Origin: Verrucomicrobiota bacterium
Lineage (GTDB): Bacteria > Verrucomicrobiota > Verrucomicrobiia > Limisphaerales > SXTU01
DNA: 64,000 bases
Assembly: GCA_016871445.1 (NCBI GenBank)
Contig: VHDH01000003.1
Coordinates: forward strand, 15,299 to 79,298
Direction: 5' to 3'
Shown here: in pieces, positions 43,450 to 52,858 of the stretch
Layout of the letters: each line of letters opens with the position of its first letter
How positions within the stretch are numbered: the first letter of the stretch is position 1
Position numbers and translations under genes: made by a program
Notes under the pieces: generated by a model
What the model was told of the DNA's origin: nothing
What the model saw: the letters and a program-made list of their open reading frames with translations, nothing else
Databases searched by the model: none

Positions 43450-44634
43450 TCACTTGAGCGGTAGAAATTTGAGGCACACTGGTGTGCCGATTTCCAGTTT
43501 AGTGCCCGTGGCGGTGAGCTTGCCGGTTGCTTGGTCTACTTTGAAGAGCGCAAGGGTGTCTGAGCCTTGACCTTCGGTGAAGAGCCATTGGCCGGTTGGG
43601 TCGAGGTTGAAGTTTCGTGGGGTCTTTACTTCCGCCGGTGCGTTCTGAACGAGGGTGATTTTCCCATCGGAGGCGACGGAAAAGACGGCGATGGTGTCGT
43701 GTCCACGATTTGAGCCGTAGAGAAACTTGCCGCTAGGGTGCGCAACTACTTCCGCCGTGCTCCAGCCCGGCTTCGGGCCGGGGCCATCGGCAGCAGGCAG
43801 CGTGGAGATGGTGTGAATTTCCCTAAGCTCACCCTTTGCTGCGTCGTAGCTAAACGCGGTCATGGTGAGGGTAATCTCGTTGATGACGTAGGCGTGCTTG
43901 CCGCTGGGGTGGAAGGTGAAGTGGCGTGGGCCGCTGCCGGGCGGCACGGTGACGAAGGCAGGGTCGTTGGCGGTGAGCGTGCCTTTGGCAGGGTCGAGCT
44001 TGTAGATGAGCACTTTGTCGAGGCCCAGGTCAGCGACGAAGGCGAAGCGGTTGTCCGGCGAGACGTTGACCGAGTGGGCGTTGGGCTGGCTCTGGCGCTT
44101 GGTGACGCTCTTGCCCTCGTGTTGAACAAAGCCGGTGTGTGGTCCGACCGATCCATCGGTCTTGATGGGAAGCGCCACGACACTGCCGCCGCCGTAATTG
44201 GCTGCCAACGCCACCCTGCCGGACTTGTCTACGGAAATGTGGCACGGACCAGCCCCAACCGAGGAGGCCTGGCTGAGAAGCTTGAGTTGCCCGTCTGATT
44301 GAATGGCAAAGGCGCTCACACCGCCGCCTTTTTTGCCATCCACGGCGGCGACTTCACCGACGGCGTAAAGAGTTTTGCCATTGGGATGAATAGCGAGAAA
44401 CGAGGGATTCACCGCCTCGCCAGCCAGTTCGGGCTTACTCGCCTCGCCCGTCGTGGCGTTAAAGGTGAAAGTGTAGATGCCCTGACTTTTCTTGCCGGTG
44501 TAGGTGCCGACATAGGCCCGAAACTGCGTCGGACCGCCTCCGCCTTTCTTCTCGGCGGCGATGACGCCAGCGGAAAGGGTGACTATCACAAGGGTGGAGA
44601 CAAAAGCACGGCTCACAAACAGGCGGAGTTTCAT
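43450..44634 (-). CDS. Lactonase, 7-bladed beta-propeller (6-phosphogluconolactonase-like), secreted
   Basis: YbhE/Pgl-family signatures: [24 protein letters not shown] and [21 protein letters not shown]. Signal peptide from ATG 44634. Confidence 0.82.
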   Translation of the reverse strand: MKLRLFVSRAFVSTLVIVTLSAGVIAAEKKGGGGPTQFRAYVGTYTGKKSQGIYTFTFNATTGEASKPELAGEAVNPSFLAIHPNGKTLYAVGEVAAVDGKKGGGVSAFAIQSDGQLKLLSQASSVGAGPCHISVDKSGRVALAANYGGGSVVALPIKTDGSVGPHTGFVQHEGKSVTKRQSQPNAHSVNVSPDNRFAFVADLGLDKVLIYKLDPAKGTLTANDPAFVTVPPGSGPRHFTFHPSGKHAYVINEITLTMTAFSYDAAKGELREIHTISTLPAADGPGPKPGWSTAEVVAHPSGKFLYGSNRGHDTIAVFSVASDGKITLVQNAPAEVKTPRNFNLDPTGQWLFTEGQGSDTLALFKVDQATGKLTATGTKLEIGTPVCLKFLPLK

Positions 44635-44785
44635 ACCCGGATATAAACAGCTTTCCCCAACGGAGTACAAGCAAACCGTCGCGGCTGGTTTCAACCGAGC
44701 TTGTGAAAAAAATCACGAAAGGCTTGCCGGGTGTTCCGACAGTGCTTTACTTAAAGTGTACGTCGGCAATGCCGCGAACTCCACC

Positions 44786-45280
44786 ATGCAGACCAGTACT
44801 GATTACGGCTACAATTCTAAGATTGAGGGCGATGTTGTGGTCACGCGCGTGGATGCGGCCATCAACTGGTGCCGGAAGCAATCGCTGTGGCCGATGCCGA
44901 TGGGACTGGCGTGCTGTGCCATCGAATTAATGGCGGCGGGTGCCAGCAAGTTCGACATTTCTCGGTTCGGCTCGGAGGTCATGCGGTTCTCACCCCGCCA
45001 GTCGGATGTGATGATTGTTGCGGGCACCGTCACTTACAAAATGGCTCTAGCCGTCCGCCGTATTTACGACCAGATGCCAGAGCCGAAGTGGGTCATCGCA
45101 ATGGGCGCATGCGCCTCGACCGGCGGCATGTATCGGAGTTATGCCGTGCTCCAAGGCGTGGACAGCATTATCCCCGTGGACGTGTATGTGGCCGGCTGCC
45201 CGCCGCGTCCCGAGGCCCTGCTGGATGCGCTGATCAAGCTGCAAAATAAAGTGCAGCAAGAACCGGTGCTCGCGGCCTAG
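44786..45280 (+). CDS. nuoB: NADH-quinone oxidoreductase subunit B
   Basis: [28 protein letters not shown] and [11 protein letters not shown] carry the N2 cluster cysteines. ATG at 44786. Confidence 0.95.
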   Translation: MQTSTDYGYNSKIEGDVVVTRVDAAINWCRKQSLWPMPMGLACCAIELMAAGASKFDISRFGSEVMRFSPRQSDVMIVAGTVTYKMALAVRRIYDQMPEPKWVIAMGACASTGGMYRSYAVLQGVDSIIPVDVYVAGCPPRPEALLDALIKLQNKVQQEPVLAA

Positions 45281-45365
45281 GTCACGCAATCTCCTGAGTC
45301 CTCACCCATGAAGCCCAAGCCCAACCTCCTTGATTCGTGCAAATCGGTGAGTTCTATTTCTTAAC

Positions 45366-45944
45366 ATGGCGTCTTTCGAACTCGCCCAGCAACTGCAAGC
45401 TCGGTTTGCCGACGTGCTGACCGGCCCAGTGGAGTTTCGCGGTGAGGCGACAATAAAGTTGGCGGATGCCGCGCGCATCTCCGAGGTCTGCGCCTTTGCC
45501 AAGGATTCACTTAGTTACGACCTGTTACTCGACATTACGAGCATCGATAACTACGGCGAAGACCCGCGCTGGACGGTGGTTTATGAGCTTTACGGCACCG
45601 GCCACGGCTGCCACCTGCGCCTCAAGACCCACGTGAGCGAAGAACGCTCCGAGCTGCCCACGGTCACTTGCGTCTGGCGTGGTGCCGATTGGCACGAGCG
45701 GGAAATCTACGACATGATGGGCATCCGCTTCGTTGGGCATTCGGATTTGCGCCGCATTCTGATGTGGGACGGCTATCCGTATTTTCCGCTGCGGAAAGAC
45801 TTCCCGCTGGCCGGCAAGCCGACCGACCTGCCCGACGTGGCGTTCACCAAACCCGCGCCGCTGGAAGGCGGTCCGTTCGTGACCGCTGCCGGCGGTAAAG
45901 ACAGCATCGCTCGCGAGCCCCGCGTGCGCACGCCGGAGCAATAA
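45366..45944 (+). CDS. nuoC: NADH-quinone oxidoreductase subunit C
   Basis: The ADWHEREIYDMMGIRFVGHSDLRRIL block is diagnostic of NuoC (30-kDa subunit). Confidence 0.93.
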   Translation: MASFELAQQLQARFADVLTGPVEFRGEATIKLADAARISEVCAFAKDSLSYDLLLDITSIDNYGEDPRWTVVYELYGTGHGCHLRLKTHVSEERSELPTVTCVWRGADWHEREIYDMMGIRFVGHSDLRRILMWDGYPYFPLRKDFPLAGKPTDLPDVAFTKPAPLEGGPFVTAAGGKDSIAREPRVRTPEQ

Positions 45945-45948
45945 CTTA

Positions 45949-47262
45949 ATGGCCACTTCCCAAACCATCGAGTTTCGCGAGCCCGCTTCTCGGGTGGCCG
46001 AGGGAGCTAAGTCGCTCATGCCGACGCCCGCACTTGTGTCCTCCACCAATGGTGAAGACGGCGACTTACAGGGCGAGAAGATGGTGCTGAACATGGGGCC
46101 GTCGCATCCCTCCACGCACGGCGTCCTGCGCATCGTGCTCGAGATGGACGGTGAAATCATCACCAAGGCGACTCCGGACGTGGGTTACCTGCATCGCGGC
46201 GACGAAAAAATCGCCGAGAACATGACGTGGAACCAGTTCATCCCTTACACGGATCGGCTGGATTACCTCGCGCCGCTGGCCAACAACGTGGCTTACGCGC
46301 TTGCGGTGGAAAAACTCCTCGGCATCGATAGGCAGCTCCCGCCGCGCTGCCAATATATTCGCGTCATCTGCTGCGAGATGGCGCGCATCTCGGCGCACCT
46401 GCTTGGCCTAGGCGCGTTCGCGATGGATGTCGGAGCACTCACGGTTTTTCTCCACACGTTCACAGAGCGGGAAAAAATTTACTCGCTCATCGAACGGCTG
46501 ACCGGCGCGCGGTTCACGACTAGCTACACACGCATCGGCGGTTTGTCGCGCGACCTGCCGCCGGGTTGGGCGGCGGACTTGCGGAAGTTTTGCGACGAGG
46601 TGTTGGTGAACTTCGACGAGTCCGAAACGCTGCTTACGCGCAACCGTATCTTCGTGGACCGCACCCGGAACGTGGGCGTCATCACAGCGGCAGATGCAAT
46701 TAATTTCGGTCTCACCGGCCCGAACTTGCGCGGCAGCGGCGTGGATTACGACGTGCGCAAGGCTCATCCATATCTCGTCTATGGCGAGTTGGATTTCGAG
46801 GTGCCCGTCGGCTCCGTTGGCGACAGCTACGACCGTTATCTTGTTCGTTTGGAGGAAATGCGTCAAAGCGTGCGCCTCATCCGCCAGTGCCTGACCAAGC
46901 TGCCCGGCGGCTTAGACAACGCGTCGAACGAGCCCATTTCCGTCCCCGATGGCAAAATCACGCTCCCGCCAAAGGCCAAGGTGCTTTCCAGCATGGAAGA
47001 GTTGATCCACCAGTTCATGCTGGTAACGCAGGGCATCAATGCGCCGGCGGGCGAAGTCTATTTCGGCGCGGAGAACCCGAAAGGCGAGTTGGGCTTCTAC
47101 ATCAACTCGCGCGGTGGCGGCACGCCGTATCGGTTGAAGATTCGCGCGCCATCCTTCTGTAACCTGAGCATCCTGCCGCACGTGCTGCCCGGCCACATGA
47201 TGAGCGACGTGGTGAGCATCCTCGGCTCAATTGATTTTGTGATGGGAGAATGTGACCGATGA
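45949..47262 (+). CDS. nuoD: NADH-quinone oxidoreductase subunit D
   Basis: LNMGPSHPSTHGVLR, the C-terminal IDFVMGECDR, and 49-kDa subunit colinearity. About 20 extra N-terminal residues, so the start is somewhat uncertain. Confidence 0.93.
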   Translation: MATSQTIEFREPASRVAEGAKSLMPTPALVSSTNGEDGDLQGEKMVLNMGPSHPSTHGVLRIVLEMDGEIITKATPDVGYLHRGDEKIAENMTWNQFIPYTDRLDYLAPLANNVAYALAVEKLLGIDRQLPPRCQYIRVICCEMARISAHLLGLGAFAMDVGALTVFLHTFTEREKIYSLIERLTGARFTTSYTRIGGLSRDLPPGWAADLRKFCDEVLVNFDESETLLTRNRIFVDRTRNVGVITAADAINFGLTGPNLRGSGVDYDVRKAHPYLVYGELDFEVPVGSVGDSYDRYLVRLEEMRQSVRLIRQCLTKLPGGLDNASNEPISVPDGKITLPPKAKVLSSMEELIHQFMLVTQGINAPAGEVYFGAENPKGELGFYINSRGGGTPYRLKIRAPSFCNLSILPHVLPGHMMSDVVSILGSIDFVMGECDR

Positions 47263-47750
47263 GTTTCGCCGTCCCCGCCACCCTCGAAGCCCAGCTCGAC
47301 GAGTTGGTGACGCATTATCCGCAGAAGCGGAGCGCGTCGCTCATGTTTCTGCACGCATTGCAGGAGCACTTTGGCTACATCTCGCGCGACGCCGTGGAGT
47401 GGACCGCTCGCAAGCTTGGCCTCCAGCCCATCAACGTTTACGAATTGGTCACGTTCTACCCGATGTTCCGTCAGGAACCGCTCGGGAAGACGCACATCAA
47501 GGTCTGCCGCACCTTGAGTTGCGCGCTCGCCGGCAGCAGCGAACTGCGCACACACTTCTGCTCGAAGCTCGGCCTTGACGCTCACAAACACGCACCGCAG
47601 ACCACGCCGGACGGGAAATTCACCGTCGAGTTCGTCGAGTGCCTCGCTGACTGTGGCAACGCTCCCGTGGTGTTGCTCAACGAGGACTTGCTGCCTAAGG
47701 TCACGCCTGCGCGAGCGGATGAAATCGTCGCGAAGGGGAAGTTGAAATGA
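47259..47750 (+). CDS. nuoE: NADH-quinone oxidoreductase subunit E
   Basis: 2Fe-2S ligand pattern C-x4-C (CRTLSC) ... C-x3-C (CLADC) and the YPQKRSASL motif. The start overlaps the nuoD stop (ATGA). Confidence 0.93.
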   Translation: MSFAVPATLEAQLDELVTHYPQKRSASLMFLHALQEHFGYISRDAVEWTARKLGLQPINVYELVTFYPMFRQEPLGKTHIKVCRTLSCALAGSSELRTHFCSKLGLDAHKHAPQTTPDGKFTVEFVECLADCGNAPVVLLNEDLLPKVTPARADEIVAKGKLK

Positions 47751-47755
47751 AACCT

Positions 47756-47829
47756 TGGTTGCCCGACATGGATTCGAACCATGACAAACAGATTCAGAGA
47801 CTGTTGTGCTACCATTACACCATCGGGCA
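47756..47829 (-). tRNA. tRNA-Gln (anticodon CUG), CCA encoded
   Basis: The reverse complement folds by hand into a cloverleaf: acceptor UGCCCGA/UCGGGCA (U1-A72, typical of bacterial tRNA-Gln), D arm GUGU-AAUGGUA-GCAC, and anticodon stem-loop ACAGU-CUCUGAA-UCUGU. It continues with a 4-nt variable loop, T arm CAUGG-UUCGAAU-CCAUG, and A-CCA. Total 74 nt. Confidence 0.9.
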
Positions 47830-47845
47830 GTTCGTAGCGCCGGGC

Positions 47846-47873
47846 AAAGTAGGGATTCCAAACTGAGAGTCAA
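47846..47873 (-). promoter_or_regulatory. Candidate sigma-70-type promoter for the tRNA-Gln gene
   Basis: The minus strand reads TTGACT (47873-47868), a 16-nt spacer, then TACTTT (47851-47846), about 17 nt upstream of the tRNA 5' end. It overlaps the region just upstream of the nuoF start. Sequence match only. Confidence 0.3.
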
Positions 47874-47879
47874 GCCGCC

Positions 47880-49271
47880 ATGCCGCAGGAACACAGGCTC
47901 ATTTTAAAGCACGCTGATCAGTCTGGTTATACGCCGGACTTGGAGTGCTATTTGCGCCACGGCGGTTATGAATCGCTTAAGAAAGTTCTCGCTCTTGCGC
48001 CCCGTGACTTGCCCGAAGGTAAGAAACTCTCCCCACAGGAACAGGTCCGCGAGGACGTGAAAACCTCCGGTCTGCGAGGGCGCGGCGGCGCGGGTTTCAG
48101 CGCAGGCATCAAGTGGTCGCTCGTAGACCGGAAGTCTGGCAAGCCCATCTATCTCATCTGCAACGCCGACGAATCCGAGCCCGGCACGTTTAAGGACCGC
48201 CAAATCATTCACAAAGACCCACACCAGCTCCTCGAGGGGATGATCATCTCCTGCTGGGCGAACGACGTGAAGCTCGCCTACATCTACATTCGTGGCGAGA
48301 TGCCGCACGGCGCGAAGCTGCTCAACACAGCCATCGCTGAGGCGCGCGCGAAGAACTTCCTCGGCAAGAACATCCTTGGCTCGGGCTACGATCTGGAGAT
48401 TTATGTCCATCGCGGTGCGGGGTCTTATATTTGCGGCGAGGAAACCGGGCTCATCGAGTCGCTGGAGGGCAAGCGCGCCTATCCGCGCATCAAACCGCCT
48501 TACTTTCCCGCGGTGCTGGGCCTCTACATGTGCCCGACCATCGTCAACAACGTCGAGACCCTGTGCGCAGTGAAGCACATTGTCGCGATGGGTGCGTCAG
48601 AATACGCCAAGCTCGGCACACCTAATAACACCGGCACCCGCATTGTCAGCCTCAGCGGCGACGTCAGGCGCCCCGGCTACTTTGAAATCGAGGTCGGCAA
48701 GGTCACCATCGGCGAACTCATCAACGATCCCGCGTTCGGCGGCGGCTTGCGCGATGGCCGGAAATTGAAAGCCATCATTCCCGGCGGCTCCTCCTCGAAA
48801 ATTCTCAAGGCCGGCGAGACCTTCAAACTCAACCGCAAGGGCTCCGACGGCCAGATGGCCAAAGTGGACGTGCCGCTCCTCGACCTGCCCTACGATTTCG
48901 ATTCCCTCATGGCTGCTGGCACCATGTCCGGCTCCGGCGCGATCATCGTGCTGGACGACACCCGTAACATCGTGGATTGCCTCGCCAACATCGCCGAGTT
49001 TTACGCTCACGAGAGCTGCGGTCAGTGCACGCCCTGTCGCGAAGGCTCGCTCTGGATGAGCAAGGCCCTCCACCGCCTCACCCACGGCCACGGCCGCAAG
49101 GCCGACGCGGACTACCTGTTGCACATCGCGCAGAACATCCAAGGTCGCACCATCTGCGCCTTTGGCGAAGCCTGCGCATGGCCGGTCCTGAGCTACGTGA
49201 ACAAGTTCAAAGATGACTTCGAGGCCAAAGGCGCGGGCGACGAAGCCAAAGCCGCCGTCACGAAACACTGA
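47880..49271 (+). CDS. nuoF: NADH-quinone oxidoreductase subunit F
   Basis: GLRGRGGAGF (FMN site), ADESEPGTFKDR, and ESCGQCTPCREG (N3 4Fe-4S). Confidence 0.96.
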   Translation: MPQEHRLILKHADQSGYTPDLECYLRHGGYESLKKVLALAPRDLPEGKKLSPQEQVREDVKTSGLRGRGGAGFSAGIKWSLVDRKSGKPIYLICNADESEPGTFKDRQIIHKDPHQLLEGMIISCWANDVKLAYIYIRGEMPHGAKLLNTAIAEARAKNFLGKNILGSGYDLEIYVHRGAGSYICGEETGLIESLEGKRAYPRIKPPYFPAVLGLYMCPTIVNNVETLCAVKHIVAMGASEYAKLGTPNNTGTRIVSLSGDVRRPGYFEIEVGKVTIGELINDPAFGGGLRDGRKLKAIIPGGSSSKILKAGETFKLNRKGSDGQMAKVDVPLLDLPYDFDSLMAAGTMSGSGAIIVLDDTRNIVDCLANIAEFYAHESCGQCTPCREGSLWMSKALHRLTHGHGRKADADYLLHIAQNIQGRTICAFGEACAWPVLSYVNKFKDDFEAKGAGDEAKAAVTKH

Positions 49272-49276
49272 TCTCC

Positions 49277-51022
49277 ATGTCCGCCCCCGCGACAACTGAA
49301 GCTAAACTTGCGGCCGCCACTGCGCCCGCTTCCCCGCCGCTGGCTGAGAAAATTAAAATCAAAGTTGACGGCCGCGAGGTCGAGGTGCCGAAGATGATGC
49401 CCAACTGGCAGGGCAAGCTGGAGCCAACGACAATGCTCCAAGCCTGTCAAATCGCCGGGCACGAGGTGCCGCATTATTGCTATCACCCGAAACTCCCCGT
49501 CGCCGGCAACTGCCGCATGTGCCTCGTCGAGTTTGGTACGCCGCAGATGGGCCCGGACCGCAAGCCCGTGCTCAACCAGGACGGCACGCCCAAGGTCGCG
49601 AAGGCAGTGCTGCCCTACGAACCTAGCACGTGCCGTGGAGCTATCGCGTGCGCCACGCCTATCTCACCGGGCATGGAAATTTATCCCAACTCAGCCGCCA
49701 CGAAACAGATGCGCGAGGCCGTGCTCGAATCGCTGCTCATCAACCACCCGCTCGATTGCTCCATTTGCGACCAAGCCGGCGAGTGTAAGCTCCAAGAATA
49801 TTCCGTTGAGCACGGTCAGTCGCAAAGCAGCTTCGTCGAGGCAAAGGTTCACAAGCCCAAGGCCGTTGACCTCGGCCCACGCATCGTGCTCGACGACGAG
49901 CGCTGCATCCTATGCACGCGGTGCATTCGGTTCACAAAAGACATCGCCGGTGATGACGCGCTCGGCATCGTTAATCGCGGCAGTTACAATACCATCGCCG
50001 CTTGGAAGCCCGGCGCGTTCGACAACAATTACACCCTCAACACCGTGGATATCTGCCCGGTGGGCGCGCTCACCTCTAAAGATTTCCGCTTCCAGATGCG
50101 TGTTTGGTTTATGAAGGAGACTAAGTCCCTTTGCACAAGTTGCGGCACCGGCTGCAACATCATCGTCGGCTCGCGCGAGGAAAAGATATACCGTTATGAG
50201 CCGCGTCAGAACGACGCCGTGAACGCCTGCTGGATGTGCGACCACGGCCGTCTCAACTACAAGTGGATCGGGCGCGGGGACAGATTAAAGAAGTGCGGGG
50301 TGCGAGGTGCGGGGTGCGGAGTGACGGATTCCGACTGGTCGACCGTCCTCAAAGGAGTTTCCGAAACACTAGCGAAGGCGCCCCACGGCTCGACCGCCAT
50401 CGTCGCCAGCGCGCGCCAGACGAATGAGGAACTCTTCCTCCTGAAGAAACTCGCGACGAAGCTCGGCGCGCTGACCGACTCGGTGCCGCGCACCGGGCAG
50501 GGCGACCACCTGCTCGTGGACGAGGACAAGAACCCGAACAGCAACGGCGCGCGGCTCACGGGCATCGCGTTCACCGAGATGGGCATCAACCTGCCGAAGA
50601 TCGCCGAGGGGATTGCTGCGGGCCGCATCAAGACGCTCATCGTCTTCGGCGAGGACGTGACGCGCCACGGGCTCGACCCCTCATTGCTCGCGCGCCTCGA
50701 CACGCTCATCGTCAGCGACATCCTGCCGAATCGCACCACGGCGCTCGCGCACTACCTGTTGCCCGGCTGCGCGCACGCGGAGAAGCGCGGCACGTTCACG
50801 AACACCAAGGGCCGAGTGCAAAAGTTCATGAAAGCTGTCGAAGCCCCGGGCGACGCGCGGCCCGAGTGGGAGTTTCTGCATGAGTTAATGCACAACGTCA
50901 CCGGCCAAAATGGCTTCTCGACCATCGAAGGGCTTTTTAATCAGATGGCGGCGGAAGTCCCTGGCTTCGCCGGCTTGGAGTGGGCGAAACTCGGTGAAAC
51001 CGGCGTGACGGTGCAAATCTAG
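49277..51022 (+). CDS. nuoG: NADH-quinone oxidoreductase subunit G (short form)
   Basis: N-terminal 2Fe-2S and 4Fe-4S cysteine patterns (CRMCLVE, HPLDCSICDQAGECKLQ, CILCTRCIRF, CPVGAL), then a molybdopterin-oxidoreductase-like domain. Confidence 0.93.
   Translation: MSAPATTEAKLAAATAPASPPLAEKIKIKVDGREVEVPKMMPNWQGKLEPTTMLQACQIAGHEVPHYCYHPKLPVAGNCRMCLVEFGTPQMGPDRKPVLNQDGTPKVAKAVLPYEPSTCRGAIACATPISPGMEIYPNSAATKQMREAVLESLLINHPLDCSICDQAGECKLQEYSVEHGQSQSSFVEAKVHKPKAVDLGPRIVLDDERCILCTRCIRFTKDIAGDDALGIVNRGSYNTIAAWKPGAFDNNYTLNTVDICPVGALTSKDFRFQMRVWFMKETKSLCTSCGTGCNIIVGSREEKIYRYEPRQNDAVNACWMCDHGRLNYKWIGRGDRLKKCGVRGAGCGVTDSDWSTVLKGVSETLAKAPHGSTAIVASARQTNEELFLLKKLATKLGALTDSVPRTGQGDHLLVDEDKNPNSNGARLTGIAFTEMGINLPKIAEGIAAGRIKTLIVFGEDVTRHGLDPSLLARLDTLIVSDILPNRTTALAHYLLPGCAHAEKRGTFTNTKGRVQKFMKAVEAPGDARPEWEFLHELMHNVTGQNGFSTIEGLFNQMAAEVPGFAGLEWAKLGETGVTVQI
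50290..50331 (+). repeat. Heptanucleotide tandem array inside nuoG (GAAGTGC GGGGTGC GAGGTGC GGGGTGC GGAGTGA CGGATTC)
   Basis: Six 7-nt units (42 nt, 14 codons) translated as KCGVRGAGCGVTDS. The array ends in the 8-mer GGATTCCG (50326-50333), which also brackets the first pheT array. Confidence 0.8.
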
Positions 51023-51028
51023 TTCTCC

Positions 51029-52165
51029 ATGGCCTGGCTTGATTCTTTGACTCCGCAAGCGCAATTCGCGTTCTTCACAATGTTGAAGATTGCGTGCGTG
51101 TTGGGACCGTTGCTCACGCTTGTCGCCTACGCGGTGCTGGCGGAGCGCAAGGTCTCAGCGCTCATTCAAGACCGCGTGGGGCCGAACCGCGTGAGCCTGC
51201 CGCTCATCGGAGGGATCCCGGTCATCGGGCCGTTCCTCACCAAGCTCGGCTTCTGGCATCCGCTGGTGGACGGCGTGAAAAGCTTTATCAAGGAGGACTT
51301 CACGCCCGCGCATGTGCGCAAGATTTACTTCTGGCTCGCCCCAGCCATCGCGCTTGTGCCGGCGTTCCTCGTCATCGCGGTCATTCCGTTCGGCTCCACG
51401 CTGGGCAGCCAAAAGATGGTCATCGCGGACCTCAACGTCGGCATCCTCTACACTTTCGGCATCGTGTCGCTCGGCGTGTATGGCATCGTGCTGGCGGGCT
51501 ATGCGGCGAACTCAAAATTTCCCTTCCTCGGCGGCATTCGATCGAGTGCGCAGATGATTTCCTACGAGCTGGCGATGGGCATGAGCGTGGTGCCGGTGTT
51601 CCTCGTCGTGGGTGATTTGAACCTCAGCAAGATTATCGAACATCAGGCACACAATGGCTGGAACGTTTTCCCCTTGTTCGGCGGCGGATTCAGCTTGCAA
51701 ACACTCTTGCTCGTCCCGTGTGGCATGCTGTCTTTCACCATCTTTTTCGTCGCCGCCTTCGCGGAGACAAACCGGCTGCCTTTCGACCTCCCGGAGTCGG
51801 AGAGCGAGCTAGTGGGCGGCTATCATACGGAATATAGCTCGATGAAGTTCGGCATGTTCTTTATCGGCGAATACGCGAACATGTTTGCCGGTGCCGCCAT
51901 GATGACCACGCTCTTCTTCGGCGGTTGGACGCTGCCTTTCTTCGGCCTCGATCAAGCGGCAGACTCGGTGTGGAAGGGTCTGCTGCACATCGGCATCTTC
52001 ATGGCGAAGATGTTCGCGTTCATGGGCATCTTCATTTGGGTGCGTTGGATGCTCCCGCGCTTCCGCTACGACCAACTGATGGATCTTGGTTGGCGACGGC
52101 TGATCCCGTTAGCTTTGGCGAACATAATTTTGACCGCCGCCGTGCTGGCGCTGACCGACCGTTGA
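51029..52165 (+). CDS. nuoH: NADH-quinone oxidoreductase subunit H
   Basis: Multi-TM protein with ERKVSALIQDRVGPNRV and ETNRLPFDLPESESELVGGYHTEYS motifs. Confidence 0.95.
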   Translation: MAWLDSLTPQAQFAFFTMLKIACVLGPLLTLVAYAVLAERKVSALIQDRVGPNRVSLPLIGGIPVIGPFLTKLGFWHPLVDGVKSFIKEDFTPAHVRKIYFWLAPAIALVPAFLVIAVIPFGSTLGSQKMVIADLNVGILYTFGIVSLGVYGIVLAGYAANSKFPFLGGIRSSAQMISYELAMGMSVVPVFLVVGDLNLSKIIEHQAHNGWNVFPLFGGGFSLQTLLLVPCGMLSFTIFFVAAFAETNRLPFDLPESESELVGGYHTEYSSMKFGMFFIGEYANMFAGAAMMTTLFFGGWTLPFFGLDQAADSVWKGLLHIGIFMAKMFAFMGIFIWVRWMLPRFRYDQLMDLGWRRLIPLALANIILTAAVLALTDR

Positions 52166-52172
52166 CCGCCAC

Positions 52173-52736
52173 GTGACCATGATTGTCAAACGCAACGAGC
52201 TTACTTGGTTTGAGCGACTCTATCTACCGGCGCTAGTCGGCGGGTTAAAGGTCACCGCACGCCATTTTTTTAATAACATCACGGGTAAAACCAAAGTCAC
52301 GCAGCAGTATCCCGAGGAGCCGACCAAGGTGCTGCCCGGCTATCGCGGCGCGCCGTATCTCGTGCGCGACCAGGACGGCGCGACCAAGTGCGTCTCCTGC
52401 CAACTTTGCGAATTCATCTGCCCGCCCAAAGCCATCCGCATGACGCCGCCCGGCGCAGCGGGTCAACCCGCTGACCGACCCAATGCCGAGAAAATGCCCA
52501 AGGAGTTTGAGATTAACATGCTCCGCTGCATCTTTTGTGGGCTCTGCCAGGAAGTTTGCCCAGAAGAGGCTATCTTCCTTAAAAGCGACTTCTCCCTGAC
52601 TGGCCTTGCGCGCGGCGAAATGGTTTACAACAAGGAGAAGCTCCTCGCCCTTGGTGGCACGCACGGTGGCGTGCAGAAGTGGAAGCACAAACTGGAGGAG
52701 GCAAAGGAGCAGGAGACATTCCCAGTGAAGGTTTGA
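52173..52736 (+). CDS. nuoI: NADH-quinone oxidoreductase subunit I
   Basis: Two ferredoxin-type 4Fe-4S motifs: CVSCQLCEFICP and CIFCGLCQEVCP. GTG at 52173 or ATG at 52179. Confidence 0.93.
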   Translation: MTMIVKRNELTWFERLYLPALVGGLKVTARHFFNNITGKTKVTQQYPEEPTKVLPGYRGAPYLVRDQDGATKCVSCQLCEFICPPKAIRMTPPGAAGQPADRPNAEKMPKEFEINMLRCIFCGLCQEVCPEEAIFLKSDFSLTGLARGEMVYNKEKLLALGGTHGGVQKWKHKLEEAKEQETFPVKV

Positions 52737-52747
52737 TGACGCGTACG

Positions 52748-52850
52748 CCAAGCCCCAAACCCCATGACCAAAGTCCCAAGCCACTCGAAACATCTAGTCT
52801 CATTGGGCTATGATTCGTCTGCGGCCCCGCAGAACTTTGGAGTTTGGGGC
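52748..52850. repeat. Inverted heptamer-periodic arrays in the nuoI-nuoJ spacer
   Basis: The left arm is CAAGCCC CAAACCC CATGACC AAAGTCC CAAGCCA (52749-52783). The right arm ACTTTGG AGTTTGG GGC (52834-52850) is its imperfect reverse complement (AGCCCCAAAC / GTTTGGGGCT). A small hairpin TCTGCG-gccc-CGCAGA lies between them at 52818-52833. Confidence 0.6.
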
Positions 52851-52858
52851 TATTTGAG

